59,569 bases of DNA from a virus (lineage: Duplodnaviria > Caudoviricetes), in IMG/VR virus record IMGVR_UViG_3300034147_000039, positions 1-59,569 of that record; one strand, written 5' to 3'. A program made the translations under genes and the position numbers. The notes below the pieces were generated by a model. It saw only the letters and a program-made list of their open reading frames with translations. It had not been told where the DNA came from and did not search any database. Positions 1-9,312 of this stretch are shown piece by piece; position 1 is the stretch's first letter, and each line of letters opens with the position of its first letter.

Positions 1-127
1 AGAAGAGATCCAAGTACCATATTTCACAATAAACGACACTGATCAGCCGATCATTAACTATACTGTTGGAACTGCTCCGACTGGAATTACATTGAAATTT
101 AATGTGGTATCTTCATCACCCACTGGG
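1..127. repeat. 127-bp terminal direct repeat (identical to 59443-59569); circular-assembly overlap
   Basis: Exact identity of the first and last 127 nt; the ORF starting at 58964 continues in frame across the join. Confidence 0.95.
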
Positions 128-448
128 TTTAAAATATTTGATCATGCGAAACTTTGGTATGAAGGACCAGAATTGAGATCGGATTCTTTTACTGGAGGCC
201 TTTATACGTTATTTGAAGTAAGTTTTCCATTATTGGCGTCTGATCAAGTTACTGTGACTACTCAAGTTAAGAATCAAAGAGTTATGGTGTATCGTGCCGG
301 TGTAGATTACGATATTTCTGGGTACGTCAATGCTGGTGCGGTTTGGCCTCAATTATATTCTGGGGTTAATACTTGGCGATGGAATTTAGATGAACCTTGG
401 GCATCGGTTAGCAGCCTTAAGTATAGGCCTAGATATTGGGGGGTGTAG
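1..448 (+). CDS. Distal-tail-like minor tail protein, 3' part (full gene 58964-59442 joined to 1-448, ~308 aa)
   Basis: In frame with ATG 58964 across the overlap; follows tape measure; ends in 'W.QL..G.N...Y.P.YWGV', typical of Dit-like proteins. Confidence 0.75.
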   Translation, partial: EEIQVPYFTINDTDQPIINYTVGTAPTGITLKFNVVSSSPTGFKIFDHAKLWYEGPELRSDSFTGGLYTLFEVSFPLLASDQVTVTTQVKNQRVMVYRAGVDYDISGYVNAGAVWPQLYSGVNTWRWNLDEPWASVSSLKYRPRYWGV

Positions 449-449
449 T

Positions 450-1601
450 GTGCATCTTTTCAGATTAACTCCTGACATATATCATCCTTCCGATACGGTG
501 CAAAAATTTGAAAGTTTGGCTTGGATCGAACGGTACAGAGAAGCCGGTGACTTTCAATTGAGAGCGATTGACGATACTTCTATTTTGGATATTCTGCCAA
601 TTGATTCGTTGGTTTCTCATACAGATACCCGTGAAGTAATGATTGTAGAGAATCACGAGATAATTAGAGATCCAAAAAAGCGGCTATTGGTAACGATATC
701 TGGTCGAAGCTTAGAAACGATGGCTGAAAATCGGACAACGCCAGACTCTCAGTTGCCGTTCTGGAACGCTACGCAAACGGTCGAGACTCCTGTCGTAATC
801 TTTCCTAATGACCCGGCCACAGTTGCAGCCTTGATTCTTCAAATGCGATTTCAGGGAGCACCACCAGCATATGTCGGTAATCCTCTTGAGTTTTATTTCT
901 ATGCTCCAACAGGTCAGATCGTTCCGAACATTATTTGTTATGCTTCACTTGATCGTCCAAAAGATTCAGCTAATTATCCAATGAAAAGAGGCGAACTCTA
1001 TAAAGTTGTTCTCGAGTTACTTGCCAGTGCGGATGCTGGGATCAAAGTAAATCGTCCTATAACTAACCCCGCGCTTGGGTCTGAACCTAAGCTATATTTC
1101 GTTGTGTATGATGGAGAAGATCTTACAGAAGAAGTAGTCTTTTATGCTGCTCGAGAAGACCTGGATAGTGCGACATATTTTCAATCGCATAAGGGATACA
1201 AGAATTATGCGACAATTGCAGCGCTTCGGCACTCTATTCCTGAATATCAAAGTTTGGCTTTAACTGCTCCGGAGGTCGGTTTTAAGCGAAGGATTTTGTA
1301 TGTTGAAGCACAAGATTTGAAAATGCATCCAGATAATTACGTTCCTGATGTGAATGGTCCCGATGCAGTATCGACAAGAGCTCAAGGAGAATTGGACCAT
1401 AATGGAAAAATCTCTTTGATGGACGCCAAAATATCTATTACGGCTAAACCAAAGTTCAAGATTGATTATGATGTCGGAGATCTTGTAAGTGTCTTCGGTG
1501 AATTTGGTACAAAACAGATATTTCGAGTTAGTGAGCATATTTTGACTGTCGATAAAGATGGACAAAAAGGTTACCCCACCCTGAGTATTGCTACCCTGTA
1601 G
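450..1601 (+). CDS. Minor tail protein (ReqiPepy6 Gp37-like baseplate/hub protein)
   Basis: 'FESLAWIERY...GDFQL' N-terminus and 'DYDVGDLVSV' C-terminus; second gene after TMP; GTG 450 is the likely start. Confidence 0.75.
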   Translation: MHLFRLTPDIYHPSDTVQKFESLAWIERYREAGDFQLRAIDDTSILDILPIDSLVSHTDTREVMIVENHEIIRDPKKRLLVTISGRSLETMAENRTTPDSQLPFWNATQTVETPVVIFPNDPATVAALILQMRFQGAPPAYVGNPLEFYFYAPTGQIVPNIICYASLDRPKDSANYPMKRGELYKVVLELLASADAGIKVNRPITNPALGSEPKLYFVVYDGEDLTEEVVFYAAREDLDSATYFQSHKGYKNYATIAALRHSIPEYQSLALTAPEVGFKRRILYVEAQDLKMHPDNYVPDVNGPDAVSTRAQGELDHNGKISLMDAKISITAKPKFKIDYDVGDLVSVFGEFGTKQIFRVSEHILTVDKDGQKGYPTLSIATL

Positions 1602-1613
1602 AGAGGAGGAAAG

Positions 1614-2009
1614 ATGGCACAACAAACAATCTTCGTCGAAAACGGGGTTCCAGTAATGCAATTGACTGAGGTGGTGATTGGTTCGAAATTGGAACTTGCC
1701 GTCAAACTCGAGCGATTGGTCAGTGAGGATCCAGAGGTATTTGAGCCATTTGACTTTAGTGGAATGGAGATTGAAGCTCATATCAAGGACAAGCCGACTA
1801 AGGACGTCGACCCAGACGCGGAGTTTGTCTGTACTATGCGAACTCCTGGCGACGGATGGATCGACCTGTTTCTTGGCGGGGATGTCACTGGCTTGCTTCT
1901 GGCAAAGGAGTATCACGCAAGTTTGAAAGTGTGGCCCATTGGTAGCCCCGCACTTGGCGACACGCTTCTTGCGTTTATTCTCCCTCTAGTATTTAAGGCA
2001 ACGAGATGA
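1614..2009 (+). CDS. Putative tail/baseplate adaptor protein
   Basis: RBS GAGGAGG; tail module; resembles 51645-51956. Confidence 0.5.
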   Translation: MAQQTIFVENGVPVMQLTEVVIGSKLELAVKLERLVSEDPEVFEPFDFSGMEIEAHIKDKPTKDVDPDAEFVCTMRTPGDGWIDLFLGGDVTGLLLAKEYHASLKVWPIGSPALGDTLLAFILPLVFKATR

Positions 2010-2371
2010 GTGAGCAAACATTCGTTGTTCAAATCAGTAATCAACCTGTTGTTCTTCGAGTAGCACAAGTACAACCCCCGGTCGTTCGTGTAGCCCAAGC
2101 CAAAGTCATAGAAGCCAAGATTACAGGCGGTATATCTGGCCCACAAGGCCCGCAAGGTCCCCCTGGAGCAGCTACATCGGACGTGCACATTCATATTCAA
2201 GCAATTCCTTCAGATACATGGGTAATTGAGCACAATCTTGGTTATTATCCGAGCGTTACTGTCGTCGATACACAAGGTGATTTCGTCCTGTGTTCACCGC
2301 ATTACGATTCTATGGATGTCGTCACCGTCACATTCGGAGCTGCTTTCGGCGGCCAAGCTTACCTGAGCTAA
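2006..2371 (+). CDS. Minor tail protein with short collagen-like GPQGPQGPPG
   Basis: Gly-X-Y repeats; 'WVIEHNLGYYPSVTVVD' motif; coupled to upstream ORF. Confidence 0.6.
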   Translation: MSEQTFVVQISNQPVVLRVAQVQPPVVRVAQAKVIEAKITGGISGPQGPQGPPGAATSDVHIHIQAIPSDTWVIEHNLGYYPSVTVVDTQGDFVLCSPHYDSMDVVTVTFGAAFGGQAYLS

Positions 2372-2380
2372 GGAGTTCGC

Positions 2381-3757
2381 ATGCCCATCAAAGTTCTAGA
2401 CTCACTGGATTTGGGTCAATATCAACTCATTAAGCCTGTAATTGAGACGTTGGCTGGTGCCCCAGGCTCTCCGGTTAAATTTCAACTCTATGGCAACAGT
2501 GCAGATAACATTCTATATTGGTGGAATGGCTCAGGGTGGGTTGCTGCACAAGGTGGCGCAGGAGCTGTTCCAGCTACTACAGTTACGGCTTCAGCTGTGG
2601 GGGACTCTGCTGTTGTTGGCACAGCTACAACATATGCTCGAGAGGACCACAAGCATTCTCGAGAGGCGTTCGGTAACGTTGCGGCACAAACGGCTTTTGG
2701 TGCTGGTTCCGGTAATGGTTCGGCCGTAACGGTTGCCAAATCAGACCACACACACGGTACTCCAACGCACGATACGGCTGCTCACTCGGCAATTCCTCTC
2801 AGTGGTTTGGCGGTTCCGACGGGTTCGGTCAGTTTCAATGGTCAGAAAATCACATCTCTTGGTACTCCAGCTGCTGGTACTGATGCGACTACGAAGGACT
2901 ACGTGGACGCTCTTGCACAAGGGCTTTCCTTCAAAGAGCCGGTGCGGTTTGCTTCAACTGCTAACCGAGCCCTTACTGGTCTGGCTGCCACAAGCCTTGA
3001 CGGTACAGCTCCGGTAGCTAACGATCGTATATTGCTAAAGGATCAGACAGCTCCGGCGGAAAATGGCATTTGGCTTGCTCAGTCTGGCGCATGGACTCGA
3101 GCGCTAGATGCCGATTCAAGCGGTGATCTGGAAGCAGCAACCGTTCTCGTGACAGAGGGAGCTACTCTCGAGGGCAAGGCATACACGCTGACAACCAACG
3201 CACCGATTACTGTTGGTACTACTGCTTTGACGTGGGTGCTCTTTGCTAATGGCGCTTCATATTCTGGTGGCGCAGGTCTTCTTCTTACTGGAACGACGTT
3301 CGATGTGCAGGCAACTGACGCAACGATTGTTGTCAGTGCAGACAGTATTGCTCGAGCAGCACTAACTGGCGATGTTACTACGGTCGTCAATGCGGCGACA
3401 ATTGGTAATGATATTGTTACGAATGCCAAGTTGGCGAATATGGCAGCCAATACAGTGAAAGGTAACAACACCGGTGGTTCAGCGGATCCATTGGATTTGA
3501 CGGTTGCTCAACTTAAGGCAATGCTTGGAGTTGCGTCAGTTCATACCGACGCTACTATCGGTGGCGCTACGTCACAAGTTGTTACACATAACTTTAACAC
3601 TAGAGCTGTAGGCATTAATGTTTTCCGGACGGCTACGCCTTGGGACGACGTAATGTGTGTTAAAGAACGTACTTCGGTCAACACAGTCACTCTTCGCTTC
3701 GCTGTTGCTCCGGCGGCCAATGAGTATACTTGCGTTATATTTGGAGTGATTGTATGA
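2381..3757 (+). CDS. Tail fibre-like structural protein
   Basis: Ala/Thr/Gly-rich; 'DATTKDYVD', 'DRILLKDQT...ENGIW' fibre motifs; C-terminal 'VTHNFN'. Confidence 0.7.
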   Translation: MPIKVLDSLDLGQYQLIKPVIETLAGAPGSPVKFQLYGNSADNILYWWNGSGWVAAQGGAGAVPATTVTASAVGDSAVVGTATTYAREDHKHSREAFGNVAAQTAFGAGSGNGSAVTVAKSDHTHGTPTHDTAAHSAIPLSGLAVPTGSVSFNGQKITSLGTPAAGTDATTKDYVDALAQGLSFKEPVRFASTANRALTGLAATSLDGTAPVANDRILLKDQTAPAENGIWLAQSGAWTRALDADSSGDLEAATVLVTEGATLEGKAYTLTTNAPITVGTTALTWVLFANGASYSGGAGLLLTGTTFDVQATDATIVVSADSIARAALTGDVTTVVNAATIGNDIVTNAKLANMAANTVKGNNTGGSADPLDLTVAQLKAMLGVASVHTDATIGGATSQVVTHNFNTRAVGINVFRTATPWDDVMCVKERTSVNTVTLRFAVAPAANEYTCVIFGVIV

Positions 3758-4194
3758 CCCAACCATTTCTCACGCAAATAGTTCTTCCTAGTGACCCAGC
3801 AGCAGCATTGCAAGCCGCCACAAAACAATACGTGGATTCCTTTCGAGTTCATGATATTGTGTGTACTATTGAGCTTGACCCATTGATTGTTGGAACTGGC
3901 ATAGTTCAATATATTGCCACAAGGGCCTGTACGATTATTGGCGCAAGACCGACCACTGCGGTTGGTAAAGCCCCTACCGGTGCGGCACTTATATTTGACG
4001 TTAACAAGAATGGGACGACTATCTACACCACACAGGGAAACCGACCAACTATTGCTATATCTGCTACTACTGGATCTCTTGCTGTGCCGGACGTAACTTC
4101 AATGGCCGCAGGAGATGTGCTAACTGTCGATATTGATCAAATCGGCAGCACGTATGCCGGTGGGTTGGCCACCGTTTCCATTGGAATATACTAA
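3754..4194 (+). CDS. Minor tail protein
   Basis: 'AATKQYVD' motif; '[14 protein letters not shown]' beta-sandwich end; ATG overlaps previous stop. Confidence 0.6.
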   Translation: MTQPFLTQIVLPSDPAAALQAATKQYVDSFRVHDIVCTIELDPLIVGTGIVQYIATRACTIIGARPTTAVGKAPTGAALIFDVNKNGTTIYTTQGNRPTIAISATTGSLAVPDVTSMAAGDVLTVDIDQIGSTYAGGLATVSIGIY

Positions 4195-5426
4195 TGACGG
4201 CCCCTTCAGTACGTAGCTTCAACGTAACCAGTGATACGTCTGGAGCATCGACTCCAGTAAACCTTCCTGGCACCATTGTCACTGGTGACTTGTTGGTCGC
4301 GGTTGCTACATCAGATGCGCCTGGGACGACTGAAACGGCGACGATTTCTACTGGATGGGTACGCACGTCACACGAGACACAGGGCTCGAACGTTCTTCGC
4401 CATAGCACATTCATGAAAATCGCGGATGCCACAAATGCGCTCACGTTGACTGGGGCTGCTCAGGATGTGTCTGTTGTTTGTGCCGCCATTCAAGATCACG
4501 GCGTAACGGCACCCTTATTTGCCCAAGTTATCATGGCTACAGCAGCAACTGGGACAACTGGAAATGCAGATCCCCCAGCGACAGGAACCATCGCCAGCAT
4601 GGAATGGCTGGTCATGGCTACCTGTGGAATCGATATGACCAACTCTGGCGATACGCTTAGTGCGCAGCCATCGACATATACCGATATTGGCAGAAACAAA
4701 TCTGCTAGCTCGACTTCGTCTTGTGCTTGTGGCATGGCGGTAAAGGCAGTTACAGGGACAAGCGAGAATCCTGGTGCATTCACCAACACCTCGAGACCGT
4801 GGATTGCCAAGACGCTCGCTATCCCACCATTTGTTGCTCCGGTATATTTAACTGGAACTCGTTGGGGTTTTCGAAACGGTCTCATTGTTCCTGTTTCTGT
4901 AATTTCCGACGATTTCGATAGAGGAAACGGTGGACTCGGATCGAACTGGACTGCTGCGCAGAACCCGCTTACCATTCTCGACGGTGAGGTTGTAGTTGCC
5001 ACTAACCCTGGCTCTATGTTCTGGAACGGCGGAACATTCGCAGCCAATCAATGGTCTCAAGCCGACGTCACGGTTAAGGCGGCTGGATATTACATGGTTT
5101 CGGTTCTTGTCCGAGCCACTCAATTCGATGGTGGGGCATTCTACTTTGCTCGTCTGTGTGGTTCTTGTGGCGACGTGGCAGTTGGTAAGCGATTTGACTT
5201 CGCTCAGAGTGAGTTTGCCTCTGGTGGGTCGCTTGGGTCTACTGTTCCGACCACACGAACTCTTCGTTTGGAAGCAGAAGGTACTTCCCTACGAGCATAC
5301 GTTAATGAAAGTTTGATTGTCTCCACCACAGACGTTTCTATCTCCGGTGGTCGTCCTGGAATTCATATTTCTACATCTAACGCTTCTGATGCGTCAATCA
5401 ACAACTGGTCAGGGGGTGACTTGTGA
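4194..5426 (+). CDS. Minor tail / candidate receptor-binding protein with C-terminal lectin-like domain
   Basis: Thr/Ser-rich beta protein; 'DDFDR...LGSNW...LRLEAEG..LRAYVN...G.PG' concanavalin-like pattern. Confidence 0.55.
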   Translation: MTAPSVRSFNVTSDTSGASTPVNLPGTIVTGDLLVAVATSDAPGTTETATISTGWVRTSHETQGSNVLRHSTFMKIADATNALTLTGAAQDVSVVCAAIQDHGVTAPLFAQVIMATAATGTTGNADPPATGTIASMEWLVMATCGIDMTNSGDTLSAQPSTYTDIGRNKSASSTSSCACGMAVKAVTGTSENPGAFTNTSRPWIAKTLAIPPFVAPVYLTGTRWGFRNGLIVPVSVISDDFDRGNGGLGSNWTAAQNPLTILDGEVVVATNPGSMFWNGGTFAANQWSQADVTVKAAGYYMVSVLVRATQFDGGAFYFARLCGSCGDVAVGKRFDFAQSEFASGGSLGSTVPTTRTLRLEAEGTSLRAYVNESLIVSTTDVSISGGRPGIHISTSNASDASINNWSGGDL

Positions 5427-5851
5427 GAATAACGTTAGTCCCATGGATAGCTTTGACAGAGCATCCACGTGATGGTAGCCCTCTTGATCCACCAGTTTTG
5501 GTACCAGATGCTGGAGGTGGAACGATGATATTTGGACGTTATGCCACGTTTGATCTTCGTCCATATGATTTACAAGATGCCATATTGATTACTCCTGATT
5601 ATAATAGACGACTTCTTCAAGAAGGTGGAAAAAGACTGGACCTTGGGCAGTATCTTGATCGTGTATTACTCACTACTGAGGCAAACGAAATAGGAGCACG
5701 ACTTGGGGTCAATGTAATAGCTGGAATGACAGTTGGTGATGCATTAAGATTGCTTATTGAGCCAGGGCTCGTTCCGGATAAGGACGGAAACAAACACGCT
5801 TGGCTGCATCATGTTGACCTAATGGATGACTCAACCGCGGCTGGAGGGTAG
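5423..5851 (+). CDS. Hypothetical protein
   Basis: GTG overlaps previous stop; 142 aa. Confidence 0.6.
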   Translation: MRITLVPWIALTEHPRDGSPLDPPVLVPDAGGGTMIFGRYATFDLRPYDLQDAILITPDYNRRLLQEGGKRLDLGQYLDRVLLTTEANEIGARLGVNVIAGMTVGDALRLLIEPGLVPDKDGNKHAWLHHVDLMDDSTAAGG

Positions 5852-5859
5852 GAGGTGAC

Positions 5860-5919
5860 ATGTACATAGGTTTAGGAGCATTTCTGCTTATTATCATCCT
5901 TTTGATAATCTTGTTGTAA
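5860..5919 (+). CDS. 19-aa single-TM micropeptide MYIGLGAFLLIIILLIILL
   Basis: Strong RBS AGGAGGTG immediately upstream; fills the gap between two genes. Confidence 0.6.
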   Translation: MYIGLGAFLLIIILLIILL

Positions 5920-5932
5920 GATAGGAGACGAT

Positions 5933-6196
5933 ATGGACATTCTAGTCGTTTTCTATATGATTTCTACCGGGACCATATTTCCAGCCTGGGTCATCGAAAT
6001 CGCCAAAGAAATAACCATAGTAGTAACTTTCTTAACCATGCTTGGTGTACTGGCAAAGTACGGCCCAATTCGTCGTCCTATTGGTTATATTTGGCGAAGA
6101 CTCGTTGCAGAACCTATTGCGACTTGGTTGAATAAGATCATTCATGACGCCGTTGCCGAAGAGTTAGAAAAACGTGGGGAGCCGCCTAAGGAATGA
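5933..6196 (+). CDS. Membrane protein (lysis region)
   Basis: Hydrophobic segments, RBS AGGAG, precedes holin. Confidence 0.55.
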   Translation: MDILVVFYMISTGTIFPAWVIEIAKEITIVVTFLTMLGVLAKYGPIRRPIGYIWRRLVAEPIATWLNKIIHDAVAEELEKRGEPPKE

Positions 6197-6232
6197 TATT
6201 TGTCATAACGGTTTGATTACGAAAGGGAAAAC

Positions 6233-6637
6233 ATGACTGAAACACTAGAAACTACATCCGACGGGTTCGTGTTGAGTGGACCGATCTACGACAAAATGAA
6301 GTTTGTCGTTCAAGTGCTCTTGCCTGCACTGTCGACGTTATATTTCACACTTGGGTCGATTTGGGACCTTCCGAACGTCGAACAAGTGGTCGGTACATTG
6401 GCGGCAATCGCTATTTTCCTTGGCGTGCTCCTCGGGCTCTCGTCAAAGAACTATAATGCCAGTGAGGTCAAGTACGTGGGTGATCTTGTTCCTACTGAGA
6501 AGGCGAATGGTGGCTTATTGTATAGTCTTGAGATCAATGGCGATCCAGCAGACATACTTGACATGAGTGAAGCGATATTTAGGGTTCTACCCTTGCGTCC
6601 TCATCCAGATAACACGCTTCCTGAGGATTTGGCGTAA
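6233..6637 (+). CDS. Holin (Dp-1-like)
   Basis: 'YDKMKFVVQVLLPALSTLYFTLGSIWDLP..EQVVGTL....FLGVLLGLSS..Y' two-TM pattern. Confidence 0.8.
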   Translation: MTETLETTSDGFVLSGPIYDKMKFVVQVLLPALSTLYFTLGSIWDLPNVEQVVGTLAAIAIFLGVLLGLSSKNYNASEVKYVGDLVPTEKANGGLLYSLEINGDPADILDMSEAIFRVLPLRPHPDNTLPEDLA

Positions 6638-6666
6638 TCGCTAAAAATACAACTCATATAATGAGA
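6638..6666 (+). promoter_or_regulatory. Repeated phage promoter motif, copy 1
   Basis: TCGCT-AAAAAT-ACA-ACTC-A-TATAAT-GAGA. Confidence 0.8.
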
Positions 6667-6686
6667 ACCAACCGAGAGGATATTTG

Positions 6687-6974
6687 ATGAAATTCAAAAG
6701 AACGCCGAAAGAGGATGTCGAGACACTGAAGAAGGTCAAGATGCGCCTTCTGGAAGATATGTACGTCGATGGTCCGGGTGATGAAGATTATCCGACGAAA
6801 CTGGAATACCTAGAAAGGGTTGCCGCGCTCGAGTCAAAAGACAAGAGGCGCGTTAGCCCCGACGCGGTAGTCAAGGTCGTCGGAACGCTCCTCAGCATCC
6901 TGGCCATCGTGGCATACGAACAGAAGCACGTCTTCACTTCGAGGGGTCAGAACTTCATTCCGAAGCTTGATTGA
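6687..6974 (+). CDS. Small cassette protein with C-terminal hydrophobic helix
   Basis: Promoter + RBS GAGAGGA upstream, hairpins downstream. Confidence 0.7.
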   Translation: MKFKRTPKEDVETLKKVKMRLLEDMYVDGPGDEDYPTKLEYLERVAALESKDKRRVSPDAVVKVVGTLLSILAIVAYEQKHVFTSRGQNFIPKLD

Positions 6975-7004
6975 TCGCCATCACTGCCCGAAACAGTGGT
7001 AATT

Positions 7005-7058
7005 GAACGCATGGGAGTTGCGCAGTCGAAAGATTGTACAATTCCTATGCGTTTTCTT
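7005..7058 (+). terminator. 23-bp GAAA-capped hairpin (terminator/processing site)
   Basis: 7005-7027 pairs with 7032-7054, 5 G.U pairs and 1 mismatch, T-rich tail. Confidence 0.7.
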
Positions 7059-7276
7059 AAGTTTTACAAGGATTATATATTTTCTCGATTGCGTCTCAAA
7101 AAACTACCCCCTGTATGCCGTTCTAAGCGACGCAAAAGGGTAAATAGGGCTAATATGTCATAAACGGCCCTAAACGGCTTAGAAAGCGAAATAGGCCCTT
7201 TTCCAGAGAAATTGCCATTTTTAGGGTCAAAAAAATCCCGGGGGGTGAAATCCGGTATATCTCGGTAGGTATCTGG

Positions 7277-7301
7277 TCGCAGAATAAACAGTTCATATAA
7301 T
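7277..7301 (+). promoter_or_regulatory. Promoter motif copy 2
   Basis: TCGCA-GAATAA-ACA-GTTC-A-TATAAT. Confidence 0.8.
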
Positions 7302-7323
7302 GGAACCAACCGAAAGGACGCTA

Positions 7324-7533
7324 ATGTTTAAGAACCGTAAGCTTGAATTGAAGGTTGTCAACACGAAGAACGAGCCAACTGAGCCCGTCCAGAACGATAT
7401 TCGTTTCGAGGAGAAAGCTGCCATCGCAGCCACCTACCTCGAGAAGATTGTCGGGAAGGTCGGAATCATGGTCGTCGCGTTCGTCGCAATCGACACCTTT
7501 CGCCAAGTCATGGTGGAACACGCCAAGAAGTGA
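7324..7533 (+). CDS. Small cassette membrane protein
   Basis: RBS GAAAGGA; C-terminal hydrophobic helix. Confidence 0.7.
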   Translation: MFKNRKLELKVVNTKNEPTEPVQNDIRFEEKAAIAATYLEKIVGKVGIMVVAFVAIDTFRQVMVEHAKK

Positions 7534-7537
7534 CCCC

Positions 7538-7577
7538 AAGCCTAGATCCCCCACACGGGATTTAGGTTTTTCATTTT
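7538..7577 (+). terminator. Intrinsic terminator (family with 8053 and 13739)
   Basis: AAGCCTAGATCCC..GGGATTTAGGTTT stem plus T-tract. Confidence 0.8.
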
Positions 7578-7597
7578 CACCCACGAAAGGACGTGTA

Positions 7598-7840
7598 ATG
7601 CAAACTAGAACCACAATTGGAATTGCTTTGGTTAGTTCCATCACAAGCTACTACGTCGGACGAATTTCGATGCGTGTCGCCGTTTCTCGTAGATTGAAAA
7701 AGATTGGACCTGTGATCACGAAAGTGATGGTTGATATTCTCGAGAAAGGTCTTGACGAGAACTTAAATGGAGAAGATCTCAAGGCGTATGCGGACGTGCA
7801 AATGGATTTCGTGAAGATTGTCATCGGCTCGCAGGATTAA
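7598..7840 (+). CDS. Small membrane-anchored protein
   Basis: RBS GAAAGGA; N-terminal hydrophobic helix. Confidence 0.65.
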   Translation: MQTRTTIGIALVSSITSYYVGRISMRVAVSRRLKKIGPVITKVMVDILEKGLDENLNGEDLKAYADVQMDFVKIVIGSQD

Positions 7841-7857
7841 CAACTCATATAATGAGA
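7829..7857 (+). promoter_or_regulatory. Promoter motif copy 3
   Basis: TCGCA-GGATTA-ACA-ACTC-A-TATAAT-GAGA. Confidence 0.8.
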
Positions 7858-7878
7858 CCTACGAAAGGACACATTGAA

Positions 7879-8043
7879 ATGTGGAAAGACAAACTCAAGA
7901 AAGCATGGAACGAAAACCCGCTGGAAGTCATCGCTGTAGGAGCCGCCGCAACACTCGCTGTTGCCAAGCTCCTGGACGCGGTGTCGGCCGCGCAGGGTCG
8001 TCACGCCTACGCAAAGCAAGTCAACTACAGAGTCAAGCACTGA
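7879..8043 (+). CDS. Small cassette membrane protein
   Basis: RBS GAAAGGA; MWKDKLKKAWNENPLEVIAVG... Confidence 0.7.
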   Translation: MWKDKLKKAWNENPLEVIAVGAAATLAVAKLLDAVSAAQGRHAYAKQVNYRVKH

Positions 8044-8052
8044 GTACAACTC

Positions 8053-8093
8053 GAGACCTGAATCCAGATACAACGGATTTAGGTTTTCATTTT
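8053..8093 (+). terminator. Intrinsic terminator
   Basis: GAGACCTGAATCC..GGATTTAGGTTTT. Confidence 0.75.
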
Positions 8094-8111
8094 CTACGAA
8101 AGGACGGACTC

Positions 8112-8567
8112 ATGTCCACAGTCACAAAGGTAGTTATAGTTTTGCTTGCAGCGTTGCTCATCGCATTGATGGGTTGCACACCGGAAGAACGTAATGCTTG
8201 GCTTCAATGGGAAGCAGTTGATCCCGTTGCGGCAAATGTGTTTCGAGATACTTATATTGCCGAACATGCAGCCGAGGTTGCTGTCGAGGCTATTTACGGT
8301 CAATGCGGGGAATGGCGCGATCTAGCCATATCTGTGGGGTGGCCTGAAGATCACTGGACGACTTTGAACCGAGTGATGTATGGCGAGTCTAACTGTCTAT
8401 CCACGGCGTACAATAGATCTGGCGCTACTGGACTGATGCAGATCATGCCTGGGTGGGCGCCCAAGTGTGGCGGAGTGCAAAGTGACTTATTCGATCCGGC
8501 GTTCAACCTATCCTGTGGTCTAGTCGTTTTGGCAGAGCAAGGTTGGGCTGCTTGGTCAGCATATTAG
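8112..8567 (+). CDS. Lipoprotein with SLT-type lytic transglycosylase domain
   Basis: Signal peptide with lipobox LMG-C; catalytic 'GES' and 'SGATGLMQI', 'LFDPAFNL', 'GWAAW'. Confidence 0.85.
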   Translation: MSTVTKVVIVLLAALLIALMGCTPEERNAWLQWEAVDPVAANVFRDTYIAEHAAEVAVEAIYGQCGEWRDLAISVGWPEDHWTTLNRVMYGESNCLSTAYNRSGATGLMQIMPGWAPKCGGVQSDLFDPAFNLSCGLVVLAEQGWAAWSAY

Positions 8568-8568
8568 C

Positions 8569-8597
8569 TCGCAGAAAAAACAGGCCATATAATGAGA
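8569..8597 (+). promoter_or_regulatory. Promoter motif copy 4
   Basis: TCGCA-GAAAAA-ACA-GGCC-A-TATAAT-GAGA. Confidence 0.85.
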
Positions 8598-8721
8598 AGA
8601 GGTAAGACACGAATGTGTAAGGAGAAGATCCTTACCTACCTGGTGGAGCACTGTCTGAGGACATCCCAGCAATCACAGTTTTCGATGGGCTGTGAACCCT
8701 AGCTTCTCATTTTCTTTTTTT
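8594..8721 (+). ncRNA. Candidate promoter-driven structured small RNA
   Basis: Closing stem GAGAAG/CTTCTC, four internal hairpins, T-tract, no RBS-led ORF. Confidence 0.55.
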
Positions 8722-8741
8722 CCCAACCGAAAGGAATCCCG

Positions 8742-8927
8742 ATGCTGAAATACCTAGGTAACACTCGGCATATCTATTTGGCCCAGCCAGAGTTCTACAA
8801 CAGGCACCAAGTCAGAAGTTTGGTGATCAGTGGAGTGGTCAGCATAATTGTCGGTGTTGCCACCAGTGTTATTTACGACAAGAAGGTCATGTTCCCGGAT
8901 TATGCGAAAACGTTCTTGAACGACTAA
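8742..8927 (+). CDS. Small membrane protein
   Basis: RBS GAAAGGA; one TM segment. Confidence 0.6.
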   Translation: MLKYLGNTRHIYLAQPEFYNRHQVRSLVISGVVSIIVGVATSVIYDKKVMFPDYAKTFLND

Positions 8928-8942
8928 CAGAAAGGAACCGTA

Positions 8943-9107
8943 ATGGGTAATTGTAATTGTTGTGGATATTCGCCCGTGTGTTGCAAGCAGGACAACTACG
9001 GAGTGCTCACGTTTCTGTGGGACATATTCATGCTCGCCATGACCTGCGGTATCTGGGTGATTTGGATATTCTGTCGGGAGATGCGGAGGAGGAGCCGTAG
9101 GTGCTGA
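8943..9107 (+). CDS. 54-aa Cys-rich membrane protein
   Basis: RBS GAAAGGA; MGNCNCCGYSPVCCKQDNYGVLTFLWDIFMLAMTCGIWVIWIFCREMRRRSRRC. Confidence 0.65.
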   Translation: MGNCNCCGYSPVCCKQDNYGVLTFLWDIFMLAMTCGIWVIWIFCREMRRRSRRC

Positions 9108-9229
9108 TCATACAGGTAATTACGCAGCAACGAATGAGCGGGATCTTGGTTGCGATCACGGTTTGCTGTATTTTGGTTGTTCTTGAAGTCGTCGTAAAGG
9201 TAATCGACAAGAGAAAGGGTAAGTCATGA
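9101..9229 (+). CDS. 42-aa membrane peptide
   Basis: RBS GGAGGAG, GTG start, TM followed by basic tail. Confidence 0.45.
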   Translation: MLIIQVITQQRMSGILVAITVCCILVVLEVVVKVIDKRKGKS

Positions 9230-9312
9230 CTGCAGCACAGATCGTCACGCTTGGTCTGGTAATGATTCTGTGGTTCGTCATCTTCTATATGCCATATTGG
9301 AGGCGTGCGTGA
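9226..9312 (+). CDS. 28-aa membrane peptide
   Basis: ATGA coupling, RBS GAAAGGG; hydrophobic core. Confidence 0.45.
   Translation: MTAAQIVTLGLVMILWFVIFYMPYWRRA

Noticed and set aside
1-127. Terminal repeat as biological DTR
   Set aside because: 127 bp equals a common assembler k-mer and it falls mid-gene; a cos-like site exists elsewhere
8655-8700. CTGAGGA as hammerhead core
   Set aside because: No downstream GAAA after a stem II
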